Shown here: positions 1-10,638 of the stretch, one piece after another
Layout: every line of letters begins with the position of its first letter
How positions within the stretch are numbered: position 1 is the stretch's first letter
DNA from: an uncultured delta proteobacterium
GTDB lineage: Bacteria; Myxococcota; Myxococcia; Myxococcales; Myxococcaceae
Reading direction: 5' to 3'
Assembly: GCA_963713045.1 (NCBI GenBank)
Contig: CAVQKE010000003.1
Coordinates: 1,248,001 to 1,312,000 of the forward strand
DNA length: 64,000 nucleotides
Translations under genes and position numbers: made by a program
Notes under the pieces: model-generated
Told to the model about the DNA's origin: nothing
The model's database searches: none
Seen by the model: only the letters and a program-made list of their open reading frames with translations

Positions 1-136
1 CCCTGCGGGGCCAACAGGGGCTGCCAAGGAAGTCTACCCCCGTGGCGCGCCGTTCATGAAGCGGTGCGTCGAAACCCTGGGCGAAGTGTGGAAAATGCCT
101 GGAAGCTCGCTTAAGCCTGTCTTTCTTGCGTAGCCG

Positions 137-1213
137 ATGATTGCCCATCCCGACGCCTCTCCCGCACCGCTGCGCGACGCCCTCGGTCGGCCACTGCGTA
201 ACTTGCGGCTGAGCGTCACCGACCGCTGCAACCTGCGGTGCAGCTACTGCATGCCCGAGCCGGACTACGTCTGGCTGCCACGCTCGGAGTTGCTCAGCTT
301 CGAGGAACTCTCTCGGGTGGTCAGCATTTTCTCCTCGCTGGGGGTGGACCGCATCCGGCTCACCGGCGGGGAGCCGCTGCTGCGCCATGAGTTGCCGGAG
401 CTGGTGCGTCGGCTGGCGGCCCAGCCGGGGCTTTCTGACCTCGCCCTCACCACCAATGGGGTGCTGCTGTCGCAGCTGGCTTTGCCTCTGCGAAGGGCCG
501 GCCTGACGCGCGTCACGGTTAGCCTCGACACCTTGCGTCCAGAGCGCTTCGTCGCCCTCACCCGCCGCGACGAGCATGCCCGGGTGCTGGCCGGCATCGG
601 CGCGGTGCGAGACCTGGCTTGGGGCGGCCTCAAGCTGGACGCCGTCGTGATGCGCGGACGCAATGACGACGAACTCCTCTCGCTGCTCGCCTTCGCCAAG
701 GAGCAAGCCGCCGAGCTCCGCTTCATTGAATATATGGACGTCGGCGGCGCCACCCGGTGGCGGCGGGAGGACGTGGTTTCGCGCTCAGAGATGCTGGAGC
801 GCATCGTGGCGGTCCACGGCCCAGTCGAGCCCCTGGACGAGGCCGGTGCCAGTGGACTTCCCGCAGCGCGCGGCCGAGCTCCGGCCGAGCGCTTCCGACT
901 GCCGGACGGCACCACCTTCGGCATCATCGCCTCCACCACCGCCCCCTTTTGCCAGACCTGCGACCGCAGTCGGCTCACGGCCGATGGCACCTGGTTTATG
1001 TGCCTTTACGCCCGCTCCGGCCTCAACCTGCGCCAGGCACTGCGGGGGGGTGCCTCCGACGAAAGCATTGCCCAATTGCTGCGTTTGGCCTGGAAGGCGC
1101 GGGCCGACCGCGGGGCGGAGCAGCGCCTGGCCTTGCAGCACCGCCAGCCCCTGGTCGACGTGGCCGAACTTCGCGAGGACCCACGGCTGGAGATGCACAC
1201 CCGGGGTGGCTGA
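137..1213 (+). CDS. moaA: GTP 3',8-cyclase MoaA (radical SAM, molybdopterin synthesis)
   Basis: LRLSVTDRCNLRCSYC radical-SAM motif, LTGGEPLLR, second cluster PFCxxCxRxRLTADG..C, C-terminal GG. Confidence 0.96.
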   Translation: MIAHPDASPAPLRDALGRPLRNLRLSVTDRCNLRCSYCMPEPDYVWLPRSELLSFEELSRVVSIFSSLGVDRIRLTGGEPLLRHELPELVRRLAAQPGLSDLALTTNGVLLSQLALPLRRAGLTRVTVSLDTLRPERFVALTRRDEHARVLAGIGAVRDLAWGGLKLDAVVMRGRNDDELLSLLAFAKEQAAELRFIEYMDVGGATRWRREDVVSRSEMLERIVAVHGPVEPLDEAGASGLPAARGRAPAERFRLPDGTTFGIIASTTAPFCQTCDRSRLTADGTWFMCLYARSGLNLRQALRGGASDESIAQLLRLAWKARADRGAEQRLALQHRQPLVDVAELREDPRLEMHTRGG

Positions 1214-1346
1214 AGCACCGCCTTCGGGGAAGGGGCTGCGCCCGGCCTCCGCCCCTCGCCTGCAGCACCACTTCCCTTTGAGAGGACGCGGACTTGCGGT
1301 GAGGGTCACTGGCCAGGGGCCGAGAGGTGGTTAGTGTTGTTGAAGC

Positions 1347-2228
1347 ATGTCGAACCAAATCAAAACCCTTCTTCTCCTTGGAGGCCTGTCGGCTCTGCTC
1401 ATCGCCGTTGGGGGCGCTCTGGGGCCAGATTTCTTGACCTACGCCGTCGTTGTGGCGGCGGTCATGAATCTCGGCGCCTACTTCTTCTCCGACCGCATCG
1501 TCCTGGCGTCCCAGCATGCCCAGGAAGTGACGGCCGAGCAGGCCCCTGAGCTGCATGCCCTGGTGGCCGAGCTCGCTCAGGAGGCGGGCATCCCCAAGCC
1601 GCGCGTCTACCTCATCCCCGAGGCCCAGCCCAACGCCTTCGCCACCGGACGCAGCCCGAAGCATGGGGTGGTGGCAGTCACCCAAGGGATTTTGCAGGTT
1701 CTCGACGAGCGCGAACTGCGCGCGGTGCTGGCGCACGAGCTGTCGCACGTCAAGAATCGGGACGTCCTCATCTCCAGCGTCGCCGCCACAGTGGCGGCGG
1801 CGGTGAGTTACATTGCCCACGTGGCCGGCTTCTTCGGCAGCTCTCGCCGAAACGGCGACGGGCCGGGTGCGTTGGAGTCGCTGCTGCTTCTGTTGGTGGC
1901 GCCGGTTGCCGCGACGCTGATTCAATTCGGCATCTCCCGAAGCCGCGAATTCGAGGCGGACCATTCCGGGGCCACCCTGTCGCATGACCCCGAAGCGCTG
2001 GCCCAGGCCCTGGAGAAGTTGGAGGGGGGCGTGCGCGCGGTCCCCAGCCAGGTGCAACCGGCGATGGCCAGCCTTTTCATCGTCAACCCCTTTGGCGGCA
2101 TGCGCAATGTGGCCCGGCTCTTCTCCACCCACCCTCCCACCGAAGAGCGGGTGCGCCGGCTGCGCGCCATGGAGTCCACACCGGGCTTCGCTCCCCAGTG
2201 GGACAGCAGTGCGCCGGCTCGGCTTTAG
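1347..2228 (+). CDS. htpX: Zinc metalloprotease HtpX (M48)
   Basis: Two N-terminal TM segments, PNAFATG, HELSH zinc motif, SRSREFEAD, FSTHPP. Confidence 0.95.
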   Translation: MSNQIKTLLLLGGLSALLIAVGGALGPDFLTYAVVVAAVMNLGAYFFSDRIVLASQHAQEVTAEQAPELHALVAELAQEAGIPKPRVYLIPEAQPNAFATGRSPKHGVVAVTQGILQVLDERELRAVLAHELSHVKNRDVLISSVAATVAAAVSYIAHVAGFFGSSRRNGDGPGALESLLLLLVAPVAATLIQFGISRSREFEADHSGATLSHDPEALAQALEKLEGGVRAVPSQVQPAMASLFIVNPFGGMRNVARLFSTHPPTEERVRRLRAMESTPGFAPQWDSSAPARL

Positions 2229-2258
2229 GCGGGGACTGCTTTTGAGAGGACTTTCACC

Positions 2259-4097
2259 ATGACCAAGAACCGCTTTCATCTCCTCTATGCCGTGCTCGCA
2301 TTGGTGGGCGTGATGTTCGTCCACGACTTGTGGGTGGGCTACCGCCAAGTCGCCGTGCTGCCCTACAGCCAATTCCAGCAGCTGGTGCATGAGGGAAAAG
2401 TGGCCGAAGTGAAGGTGGGGGAGGACCGACTGGAGGGCACCCTCAAGGAGCCCCTCGACGGCAAGACGCGCTTCGTCACCAACCGCGTCGGCCCGGAGCT
2501 GGCGAAGGAACTGGACGCTGCTTCAGTCAAGTACTCCGGCATCGCCGAAAACCGGCTGGTCGAGATGCTGCTCAGCTGGCTCCTCCCGGTCCTTCTGTTT
2601 GGGGGCGTGTGGCTGGTTCTCGCCCGACGGATGGCAGGCCGGTTGGGCCCTAGCGGCGGGTTGATGTCCATCGGCAAAAGCAAAGCCAAAGTCTTCGTCG
2701 AGACGGACGTCCAGGTGCGTTTCTCGGACGTGGCGGGCGTGGATGAGGCCAAAGGCGAGCTGCAGGAGGTGGTAGTTACCTGAAGGACCCGCGAGTCCTA
2801 CGGCCGCCTCGGAGGTCGCGTTCCCAAGGGCATTCTTCTGGTCGGGCCGCCAGGCACTGGAAAGACGCTGCTCGCCAAGGCGGTGGCCGGCGAGGCACAC
2901 GTGCCCTTCTTCTCCATCAGCGGAAGCGAATTCGTGGAGATGTTTGTCGGGGTCGGCGCCGCTCGGGTGCGCGACCTCTTCGAGCAGGCCCGGGCGAAGG
3001 CGCCGGCCATCATCTTCATCGACGAGCTCGATGCCCTGGGACGGGCGCGCGGCGCCAACCTGGGGATGGGCGGCCACGATGAGAAGGAGCAGACGCTCAA
3101 CCAGCTGCTGGTGGAGATGGACGGCTTCGACACCCGGAGCGGCATCGTCCTGCTGGCAGCCACCAACCGCCCGGACATTCTCGACCCGGCGCTGTTGCGG
3201 GCGGGCCGGTTCGACCGGCAGGTGCTGGTGGACCGGCCGGAGCGCGCCGGCCGCGCCGCCATTCTCCGCGTCCACATCACGAAGATGAAGCTGGCGCCGG
3301 ACGTCGACATGGACGCGATCGCCGCGCTGACGCGGGCTTCACGTGGCGCGGATCTCGCCAACCTGGTGAATGAAGCGGCGCTGGCCGCCACGCGGCGGCA
3401 CGCGGACGGCGGTGGAGCGGGAGGACTTCGACGCGGCGCATCGAGCGGATCGTCGCCGGATTCGAGAAGAAGAGCACGGCATCCTGAACGCCCAGGAGCG
3501 CGAATTGGTGGCCTATCCACGAAATGGGCCATGCCCTGGTGGCCGCGGCCACGCCGGGCAGCGATCCGGTGCAAAAAGTCTAGCATCATTCCGCGCGGCA
3601 TGGGGGCGCTGGGCTACACCATGCAGCGGCCCACAGAGGATCGCTTTCTCATGACGCCGGTCCGAGCTGGAGGGAAAGCTGTCGGTGTTGCTCGGGGGAC
3701 GAGCCGCCGAGACGCTCATCTTCCAGCACACCTCCACCGGCGCCGCGGACGACTTGTCGCGGGCGACGGACATTGCGCGGGACATGGCGACGCGCTTCGC
3801 GATGGTGCCGGCGCTGGGCCCGGTGACCTACGAGGCTGCGCCGGCGGGCTTCCTTGGCCGCAGCCCATGCAGCGCCGGGAGTACAGCGAGCAGACGGCCA
3901 GGGAGATTGACCTCGCTGTCCGGGAGATTGTCAGCCAAGCCGCTGCGCGGGCCGAGGCCACGCTGCGCGCTCGGCGGCAGACACTGGACCGCGCGGCTCG
4001 ACTTCTCCTCGAGCGCGAGACGCTGGTGGACGCTGACTTGAAGGTCCTCTTCGAAGCAGCAGGTGTGGAAGCCTCCCGCACGCCGCGCGCCGCCTGA
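2259..4097 (+). pseudogene. ftsH: ATP-dependent zinc metalloprotease FtsH, disrupted by many indels as assembled (probably sequencing error)
   Basis: TM-periplasmic-TM N-terminus, FSDVAG, Walker A GPPGTGKT, Walker [33 protein letters not shown] is present but out of frame at 3518-3532; in-frame TGA at 2781-2783. Confidence 0.9.
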
Positions 4098-4154
4098 CGG
4101 GCTAGACTGACAAGCAACCCGTGGTCGCTGTCCCCCCCGACGAGGTGAGGCGTC

Positions 4155-4601
4155 ATGGAAGCACCAGTGGTCCCTGAAGTGGTGGTCCATGGCGGCCCAA
4201 CCGGACTGCGCCAGCAGATTCAGGCCGGTCCCAACGCCTGGGTGGCCGACGAGCCCACCGCCGTGGGTGGCACCGGAGAGGGGCCGACGCCTTACGACTT
4301 GCTGCTTGGCGCCCTCGGCGCGTGCACCAGCATGACGCTGCGCCTGTATGCCGACCGGCGCAAATGGCCCCTGGAGGGCGTGACGGTGCGGCTACGGCAC
4401 AGCCGCGTCCACCGCGACGACTGCGTCAACTGTGAGAAGAAGGACTCTTCCATCGAGCGCATCGAGCGGACGCTCGAACTCAAGGGGCCACTCTCCGAGG
4501 ACCAGCGGAAGCACCTGGTGGACATTGCCGAGCGCTGCCCCGTCCATCAGACGCTGAGAAACAACCTCGAGGTGCACACCACCCTCGCCCCGGCCGGCTG
4601 A
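4155..4601 (+). CDS. OsmC family protein
   Basis: ADEP..GG...GPTPYDLLLGALGACTSMT and CPV motifs. Confidence 0.9.
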   Translation: MEAPVVPEVVVHGGPTGLRQQIQAGPNAWVADEPTAVGGTGEGPTPYDLLLGALGACTSMTLRLYADRRKWPLEGVTVRLRHSRVHRDDCVNCEKKDSSIERIERTLELKGPLSEDQRKHLVDIAERCPVHQTLRNNLEVHTTLAPAG

Positions 4602-4633
4602 CGGGGCGTGCCGTGCGTCCGCCTGGCTGACGC

Positions 4634-5551
4634 CTAGCGCGTCCAGAAGCTGGCCAGGACGACATTTCGCTCCAGGGGCTTCAAATTCACCCCGGGATTG
4701 GCCAGCGTCAGCATGTCGAAGGTCAGGCCGCCGCCGAGTCCCCCCCAACTCAACTCCCCCTGCGCGGGCGCGAGGCCGGGGTGCACAGTGAATTCCCACT
4801 CCGTCACCAATTCAACTTTCCCTCCCATGACGTGCAACGGGGGCGGCGGAAATTGCACCCCCAAGTTCAGCGCCCGCTCGACGTCCGCGTCCATGACGCC
4901 GTCCCCCGAGGGGATGACAATGTCGAAGTCGCGCAGGAGGCCCTCCACGTCCAGCACGAGGCGGATGCGCAAGGTGGCTTTGCTGGCATGGGCGCGGACG
5001 TGCTCCACGGAAAACATCCCCAAAAGCAGCCGTCGCAACTCAGTGAAGTAGGCGTCCCAAAAGCCGCTCCGCAGGACGGTCATCGCGCCGGCGCCCCGAT
5101 GAAGCGACTCGGCCAGTCTCTCCGCGGCGGAGGTTCCCGGCGGGTGTTGGGGCCCGCGGCGGATGACCATCGCCTGTGCCACAGCGTCGGAGACGGCCTC
5201 CAGCGACGGGACGGCGGGTGGTGCTCCGGGCACGGCGAAGGGGGTGTCGGGCTGCACGGTGAAGCCCGCTGCGCCGCCTGGCCGCGCCAAACCCGCGGCC
5301 GCGCCCGCCCCCCGGGAGGTCTGCCCCCCAGGCCCGGCTACAGGGGAAATGGGGCGAGCCCGGTGTAAGCGCGGGACCGGGACGTCCACAATCGTCACGC
5401 TCAGCGGCTGCTGGAGCGGCCGAGGCGGTGGCACGGGCGGCTTCCAGCCCAGCACCAGCAGGCCCAAATGGACGAGAAGGCTGGCCAGCACGGCCACCAC
5501 CAGCGTCCGGCGCTCGCGCCTCGTCGCCGTGGGTGCTTTGTCTGGCCTCAC
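4634..5551 (-). CDS. TonB/TolA-like energy transducer (TM anchor, Pro-rich linker, TonB C-terminal-like domain)
   Basis: N-terminal TM with SxxxH (SLLVH), Pro-rich linker, SG...D..V..AL...FPPPP C-domain pattern. Confidence 0.65.
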   Translation of the reverse strand: MRPDKAPTATRRERRTLVVAVLASLLVHLGLLVLGWKPPVPPPRPLQQPLSVTIVDVPVPRLHRARPISPVAGPGGQTSRGAGAAAGLARPGGAAGFTVQPDTPFAVPGAPPAVPSLEAVSDAVAQAMVIRRGPQHPPGTSAAERLAESLHRGAGAMTVLRSGFWDAYFTELRRLLLGMFSVEHVRAHASKATLRIRLVLDVEGLLRDFDIVIPSGDGVMDADVERALNLGVQFPPPPLHVMGGKVELVTEWEFTVHPGLAPAQGELSWGGLGGGLTFDMLTLANPGVNLKPLERNVVLASFWTR

Positions 5552-5680
5552 CGCATCCCTCTTTAGCGTCCTTCGCCACCCAGCAGAAAGGACATGCCCC
5601 GGCCGTCAGCCGCCCCTCCCTTCTGTGGACGGGGGCATGCTAAGCGGCCTCGCGCGGGACGCTCGCCCGCCGGAGCCTCC

Positions 5681-6871
5681 ATGGACGCCACCCTTCTGCA
5701 GCACCTCAGCGCAGAGACGGCCAAACTCCTCGAGAGCGGCCTCTTCAAGAAAGAGCGCATCATCACCTCGCCGCAGAGTGCCCTCATCCGCGTCGAAGGT
5801 GCAGGTGAGGTGCTCAACTTCTGCGCCAACAACTACCTTGGCCTGGCCGACCATCCGGACGTCATCGCCGCAGCGCAGAGGGCGCTGGAGCGCTACGGCT
5901 TCGGCATGGCCTCGGTGCGCTTCATCTGCGGGACGCAGGAGCTCCACAAGACGCTCGAGGCGCGGCTGTCCGCCTTTCTCGGCACCGAGGACACCATCCT
6001 CTACTCCTCATGCTTTGACGCCAATGGAGGCCTCTTCGAGACGGTGCTGGCCGAGGAGGACGCCGTCATTACGGACGCCCTCAACCACGCCTCCATCATC
6101 GACGGCATCCGGCTGTGCAAGGCCAAGCGCTTCCGCTACGCCAACAACGACATGGCGGACCTCGAGGCGAGGCTGAAGGAGGCCGGCGACGCACGCTTCC
6201 GGCTCATCGCCACCGACGGCGTCTTTTCCATGGACGGAACCATCGCCAACCTCCGCGCCATCTGCGACTTGGCGGATAGGTACCGCGCCCTGGTGATGGT
6301 GGATGACTGCCACGCCACCGGCTTCCTTGGGGCGAAGGGGCGCGGGACGCCCGAGCACTGCGGTGTGCTGGGCCGCGTGGACCTCCTCTCCGGCACCTTG
6401 GGCAAGGCGCTCGGCGGCGCCTCCGGAGGCTACGTCAGCGGACGCAAGGAGGTGGTGGCGTGGCTGCGCCAGCGCAGCCGGCCCTACCTTTTTTCCAACG
6501 CCCTGATGCCGGCCATCTGCGCTGCCTCCCTGACCGTGCTCGACTTGCTCGAGCGCAGCGACCAGCTGCGCGAGCACCTGCGGGCCAACGCCGCGCACTT
6601 CCGCGCCGGAATGAGCAAGCTTGGCTTTGCTCTGGTGCCGGGAGAGCATCCCATCATTCCCGTGATGCTCGGAGACGCCAAACTGGCCAGCACCTTCGCC
6701 GACCGGATGCTGGCCCAGGGCGTCTACGTGGTGGGCTTCAGCTTCCCGGTGGTGCCAACGGGCCAGGCCCGCATCCGCACGCAAATGTCGGCCGCGCACA
6801 CCACCGACCAGCTCGACCGCGCGATGGATGTCTTCGCTTCGGTCGGCCGCACTTTGGGCGTCATCCACTGA
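5681..6871 (+). CDS. kbl: Glycine C-acetyltransferase (2-amino-3-ketobutyrate CoA ligase)
   Basis: [21 protein letters not shown] lysine [20 protein letters not shown]; start set at ATG 5681 after GGAG; precedes tdh. Confidence 0.96.
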   Translation: MDATLLQHLSAETAKLLESGLFKKERIITSPQSALIRVEGAGEVLNFCANNYLGLADHPDVIAAAQRALERYGFGMASVRFICGTQELHKTLEARLSAFLGTEDTILYSSCFDANGGLFETVLAEEDAVITDALNHASIIDGIRLCKAKRFRYANNDMADLEARLKEAGDARFRLIATDGVFSMDGTIANLRAICDLADRYRALVMVDDCHATGFLGAKGRGTPEHCGVLGRVDLLSGTLGKALGGASGGYVSGRKEVVAWLRQRSRPYLFSNALMPAICAASLTVLDLLERSDQLREHLRANAAHFRAGMSKLGFALVPGEHPIIPVMLGDAKLASTFADRMLAQGVYVVGFSFPVVPTGQARIRTQMSAAHTTDQLDRAMDVFASVGRTLGVIH

Positions 6872-6872
6872 C

Positions 6873-7900
6873 ATGAAGGCACTGGTCAAGGCGAAGCGAG
6901 AGCCCGGCATCTGGTTGCAGGACGTCCCGGCGCCCGAGGTGGGGCCCAACGACGTGCTGATTCGGGTGCGTCAGGCCAGCATCTGTGGCACCGACATCCA
7001 CATTCTCAACTGGGACGAATGGAGCCAGCGCACCGTCCCGGTGCCCCTCACCATCGGTCACGAATTCATGGGAGAGATTGCTGGCCTAGGAAGCGCCGTC
7101 AGCGGCTTCAAGCTGGGGAAAGGGTCGCCGCAGAAGGCCACATTACCTGCGGGCACTGCCGAAACTGCCGCGCCGGCAAGCGACACCTCTGCCGAAATAC
7201 GGTGGGGGTGGGGGTGCAGCGACCGGGTGGGTTTGCCGAGCTGGTGGTGGTCCCCGCCTTCAACGTCTTTCGCATCCCCAAGGACGTTCCCGACGAGGTG
7301 GCGGCCTTCTTCGACCCACTCGGGAATGCAGTCCACACCGCGCTGGCCTTCGACTTGGTGGGCGAGGACGTCCTCATCACCGGCGCCGGGCCAATTGGCG
7401 TCATGGCCGCGGCCATTTCCCGCCACGTCGGCGCGCGCTACGTGGTGGTGACGGACGTCAACGCCTACCGGCTGGAGCTGGCCAAGAAAATGGGCGCCAC
7501 CCGGGCAGTCGACGTCCGCACGACAACGCTGCAGCAAGTGATGCGGGAGCTGGGCATGACCGAGGGCTTCGACGTTGGCATGGAAATGTCCGGCAACGGC
7601 GAGGCGGTGAGGGACATGTTTAACGCCATGAATCACGGCGGCCGGGTGGCCATCCTCGGCATTCCCCCCAAGGAGGTCTCGGTCGACTTCAACCACCTCA
7701 TCTTCAAAGGCCTGGTGGTGAAAGGCATCTACGGCCGGGAGATGTTTGAGACTTGGTACAAGATGGTGGCCATGCTGCAGAGCGGCCTCGACGTGCGCCC
7801 CATCCTCACCCATCGCTTCAAAGCCGATGAATATGCACAAGCCTTCGAGGTGATGCGCAGCGGACAGAGCGGCAAGGTGGTCCTCGACTGGACGAGTTGA
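6873..7900 (+). CDS. tdh: L-threonine 3-dehydrogenase; one-base frameshift in the G run at 7115-7118
   Basis: MKALVK..ICGTD..GHE in one frame continues as [31 protein letters not shown] in the other; adding one G joins them. Confidence 0.92.
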
Positions 7901-7937
7901 GAAACACCGAGGCCGCGGGCCGTGCTGGAGGGAAACC

Positions 7938-9374
7938 ATGATGGGCCGGCCAGCAATCTCCTTCTGTCTTCTGTCCACCGTCTTGCTCGCCTCGAGCCCA
8001 GCCGGGGCGCAGTCCGGGCAAACGACGCCGACAGCCGCCGAGCAGCGCGTGGTCGACGAGGCACGGCAGCTGCTGGCCGGGCTGGTCGGGGTAGAGACCG
8101 TCGGTGGCAACGAGACGGCCGCGCTCCAGCCCATTTTCGACCGCCTGCGCGCCGCCGGCATTCCAGTTCAGCTGCTCGAGTCGAGCCCCGGGCGGGGCAA
8201 CCTCATCGCCCGCATCAAGGGCAACGGCCACAAGCGCCCCCTCTTGTTGCTGGCCCACATCGACGTGGTGCCAGTCGCGGGGCAGCCCTGGACGACGGCC
8301 AGGCCGTTTCAGCTGAGCGAAAAAGACGGCTACTTGTACGGGCGCGGCGTCAACGACGACAAGGGCATGGCGGCCGCCATCGTCGCGGTGGCGCTGGAGG
8401 TGGCCCGAAACAAGACGCTCCTCTCCCGCGACGTCATCGTGGCGCTCACCGCGGGCGAGGAGAGGGGAGGCTTCGCCGGCGTGGGTTGGCTTGTCGAGCA
8501 CCATCCGGAATTGCTCGAAGCGGAGATTGGGCTCAACGAGGGGAACGGCGGCGGCCTGAGGCTGAGTGACGACCTGACCAGAGTGGTGGAGGTGGACATC
8601 GGCCTCGCTCAGAAGACGTACCAGAGTTACCAACTGGAGGCCCACGGCCGGGGTGGCCACTCCTCGGTGCCGCGTGCGGACCTCAACCCCATCTACCCGC
8701 TGGCGGTGGCGCTCCAGCGCATTGGCGCCTTGAAGTTTCCCGCCCGTGTCATTCCGGCCGCGCGGCCAGGTTTGGCTGCGATGGCCGCCACCGAGAAGCC
8801 ACCCCTGTCCGACGCGCTTCGCCGGACGGCCGAGACAGGTACCGTCTCTCCGGAGGACGACGCCGTCCTTTCCAACGACGCTGTTGCCAATGCCTTCATC
8901 CGAACCACCTGCGTCGCCACCATGCTTCAAGGCTCGAGCCAGGAAAACGTGCTGCCGACGTCCGCCGAGGCCACCATCCAGTGCCGCCTTCTGCCGGGCG
9001 ACTCGGTGCAAGGCGTCCGCGATGCGCTGGTGGCAGCTGTCAAGGACGCGGGCGTTACCGTCACCCCGGGCAAGGACTGGGGAGTTGGCAAGCCGATGGC
9101 TTCTCAAGGCGACGTCCCGGACGCCATTCGACGCGTCAGCCGCCAGTTTTGGGGGGACGTGCCGGTGGTCGACGGCTTTGGGTTTGGTGCCTCGGATGAC
9201 CGGTACCTCACCGCACGAGGCGCACGGATGTACGGGGCGCACCCCAACCCCGGCAGCTTCGAGGACGCAAGGCTCGGCCACCGTGCCCATGGGCCGGACG
9301 AGCGCGTCTCGGCGCGCTGGTATGCCGAAGGCGTCCGCTGGTTCAACGCGCTGGTACTCGAGTTGGCCCGGTGA
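7938..9374 (+). CDS. Secreted M20/M25/M40 family metallopeptidase
   Basis: Signal peptide, AHIDVV, GRGVNDDKG, GEE, NEG, GGHSS, HGPDE. Confidence 0.9.
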   Translation: MMGRPAISFCLLSTVLLASSPAGAQSGQTTPTAAEQRVVDEARQLLAGLVGVETVGGNETAALQPIFDRLRAAGIPVQLLESSPGRGNLIARIKGNGHKRPLLLLAHIDVVPVAGQPWTTARPFQLSEKDGYLYGRGVNDDKGMAAAIVAVALEVARNKTLLSRDVIVALTAGEERGGFAGVGWLVEHHPELLEAEIGLNEGNGGGLRLSDDLTRVVEVDIGLAQKTYQSYQLEAHGRGGHSSVPRADLNPIYPLAVALQRIGALKFPARVIPAARPGLAAMAATEKPPLSDALRRTAETGTVSPEDDAVLSNDAVANAFIRTTCVATMLQGSSQENVLPTSAEATIQCRLLPGDSVQGVRDALVAAVKDAGVTVTPGKDWGVGKPMASQGDVPDAIRRVSRQFWGDVPVVDGFGFGASDDRYLTARGARMYGAHPNPGSFEDARLGHRAHGPDERVSARWYAEGVRWFNALVLELAR

Positions 9375-9412
9375 AGCCGGGCCGACGGCGGCCGTCCACC
9401 CGCGGGAGGGCG

Positions 9413-10597
9413 TTAGGCCAGCGCCAGCACCGAAACGGTTTGTCGGGCGATGACCAGTTCCTCGTCGGTGGGCACAACCAGCACCTGCACCGCTGAGGCC
9501 GGCGTCGAAATGCGCAAGGCGCTGCGCCCATTGGCCTCGGCGTCGAGGGTCAGCCCCAACCACGAGGAGCGTTCGACGACGGCCGCCCGTACCGGAGCGG
9601 CGTGCTCCCCAATGCCGGCAGTGAAGACGAAGCCGTCCAGTCCGCCCAGCACGGCGGCCAGGGCTCCCAACTCGTGGGCCACTCGGTAGCCGAAATAGTC
9701 CACCGCCAGGCGGGCCAACGGGGCGTCGCTGGCCAGTAAGTCGCGCATGTCGCTGCTCACCCCGGACAGGCCCTTCAGCCCAGCCCCGCGGTAAAGCAGA
9801 TGCTCCACGTCGGCGAGCGGCATGGCCTTTGTGCCCAGCAGATGGAGCAGCACCCCGGGGTCCATCGCACCACAGCGCGTCCCCATCGGGAGGCCGTCCA
9901 GCACGCTGAAGCCCATGGAAGTCTCGACGCTGCGCCCCGCGCGCAGCGCGCACATGCTGGCCCCGTTGCCGAGGTGGGCAACCACCACCCGGCCCTGGGC
10001 CAACGTCGGGAACGTCCGGGCGAGGTGGCCGGCGATGAAGTCATACGACAGGCCGTGGAAGCCGTAGCGGCGGACACCCTCTTGGTAGAGCGCGTCCGGG
10101 AGCGCAAAGCGCCGCGCCAATTCGGGCATGCTTTGGTGGAAGGCGGTGTCAAAGCACGCCACCTGGGGAACGCCCGGGTCGAGGCTGGCCATGGTACGGA
10201 TGCCGTCCAGGCACGCCGGCTGGTGCAGCGGCGCCCACGGCACCAGCGCTTCGAGTTCCTTCAATGCCTGGGGTGTCACCCTGGCCGGCGCTACGTGGTG
10301 CGGCCCCCCATGCACCACCCGGTGGCCAATGCCCCGTAGTGCCGTCGCCGGCTGGCTTTTGAGAAATTCACTCAGCTGCTGGATGGCCTGCGGCCTGCTC
10401 GAGACGTCTGCCGCCGGGTAGGCCCGGTCCACCACCGGCCGCCCTTGGCCGTCGGTGGCGCGCAGGCGGGGACGGGTGGCGATGGCTTCGAGTTCGCCCC
10501 GGAGACTCTCGACCAGGCCAGCCGGCCCGCCCAGCGCATAGGTCGCAAATTTGACGCTGGAGGAACCTGCGTTGAGGACCAACACGGTGTCGCCCAT
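9413..10597 (-). CDS. ackA: Acetate/propionate kinase
   Basis: LVLNAGSSSVKF, GHRVVHGG, APLHQ, FDTAFH, RRYGFHGLSY, HLGNGAS, FTAGIGE, PTDEE. Confidence 0.93.
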   Translation of the reverse strand: MGDTVLVLNAGSSSVKFATYALGGPAGLVESLRGELEAIATRPRLRATDGQGRPVVDRAYPAADVSSRPQAIQQLSEFLKSQPATALRGIGHRVVHGGPHHVAPARVTPQALKELEALVPWAPLHQPACLDGIRTMASLDPGVPQVACFDTAFHQSMPELARRFALPDALYQEGVRRYGFHGLSYDFIAGHLARTFPTLAQGRVVVAHLGNGASMCALRAGRSVETSMGFSVLDGLPMGTRCGAMDPGVLLHLLGTKAMPLADVEHLLYRGAGLKGLSGVSSDMRDLLASDAPLARLAVDYFGYRVAHELGALAAVLGGLDGFVFTAGIGEHAAPVRAAVVERSSWLGLTLDAEANGRSALRISTPASAVQVLVVPTDEELVIARQTVSVLALA

Positions 10598-10638
10598 GCG
10601 GGGGGAGCCTGCCACCGAAGAGGCAAGTCTCTCCAGAC

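Noticed and set aside
2781..2783. In-frame TGA in ftsH as selenocysteine or readthrough
   Set aside because: The neighbouring frame restores the consensus SYLKDP, so the stop comes from compensating indels
5681..6871. Serine palmitoyltransferase, given the ceramidase-like gene in the window
   Set aside because: Kbl-specific motifs and coupling to tdh identify it as Kbl
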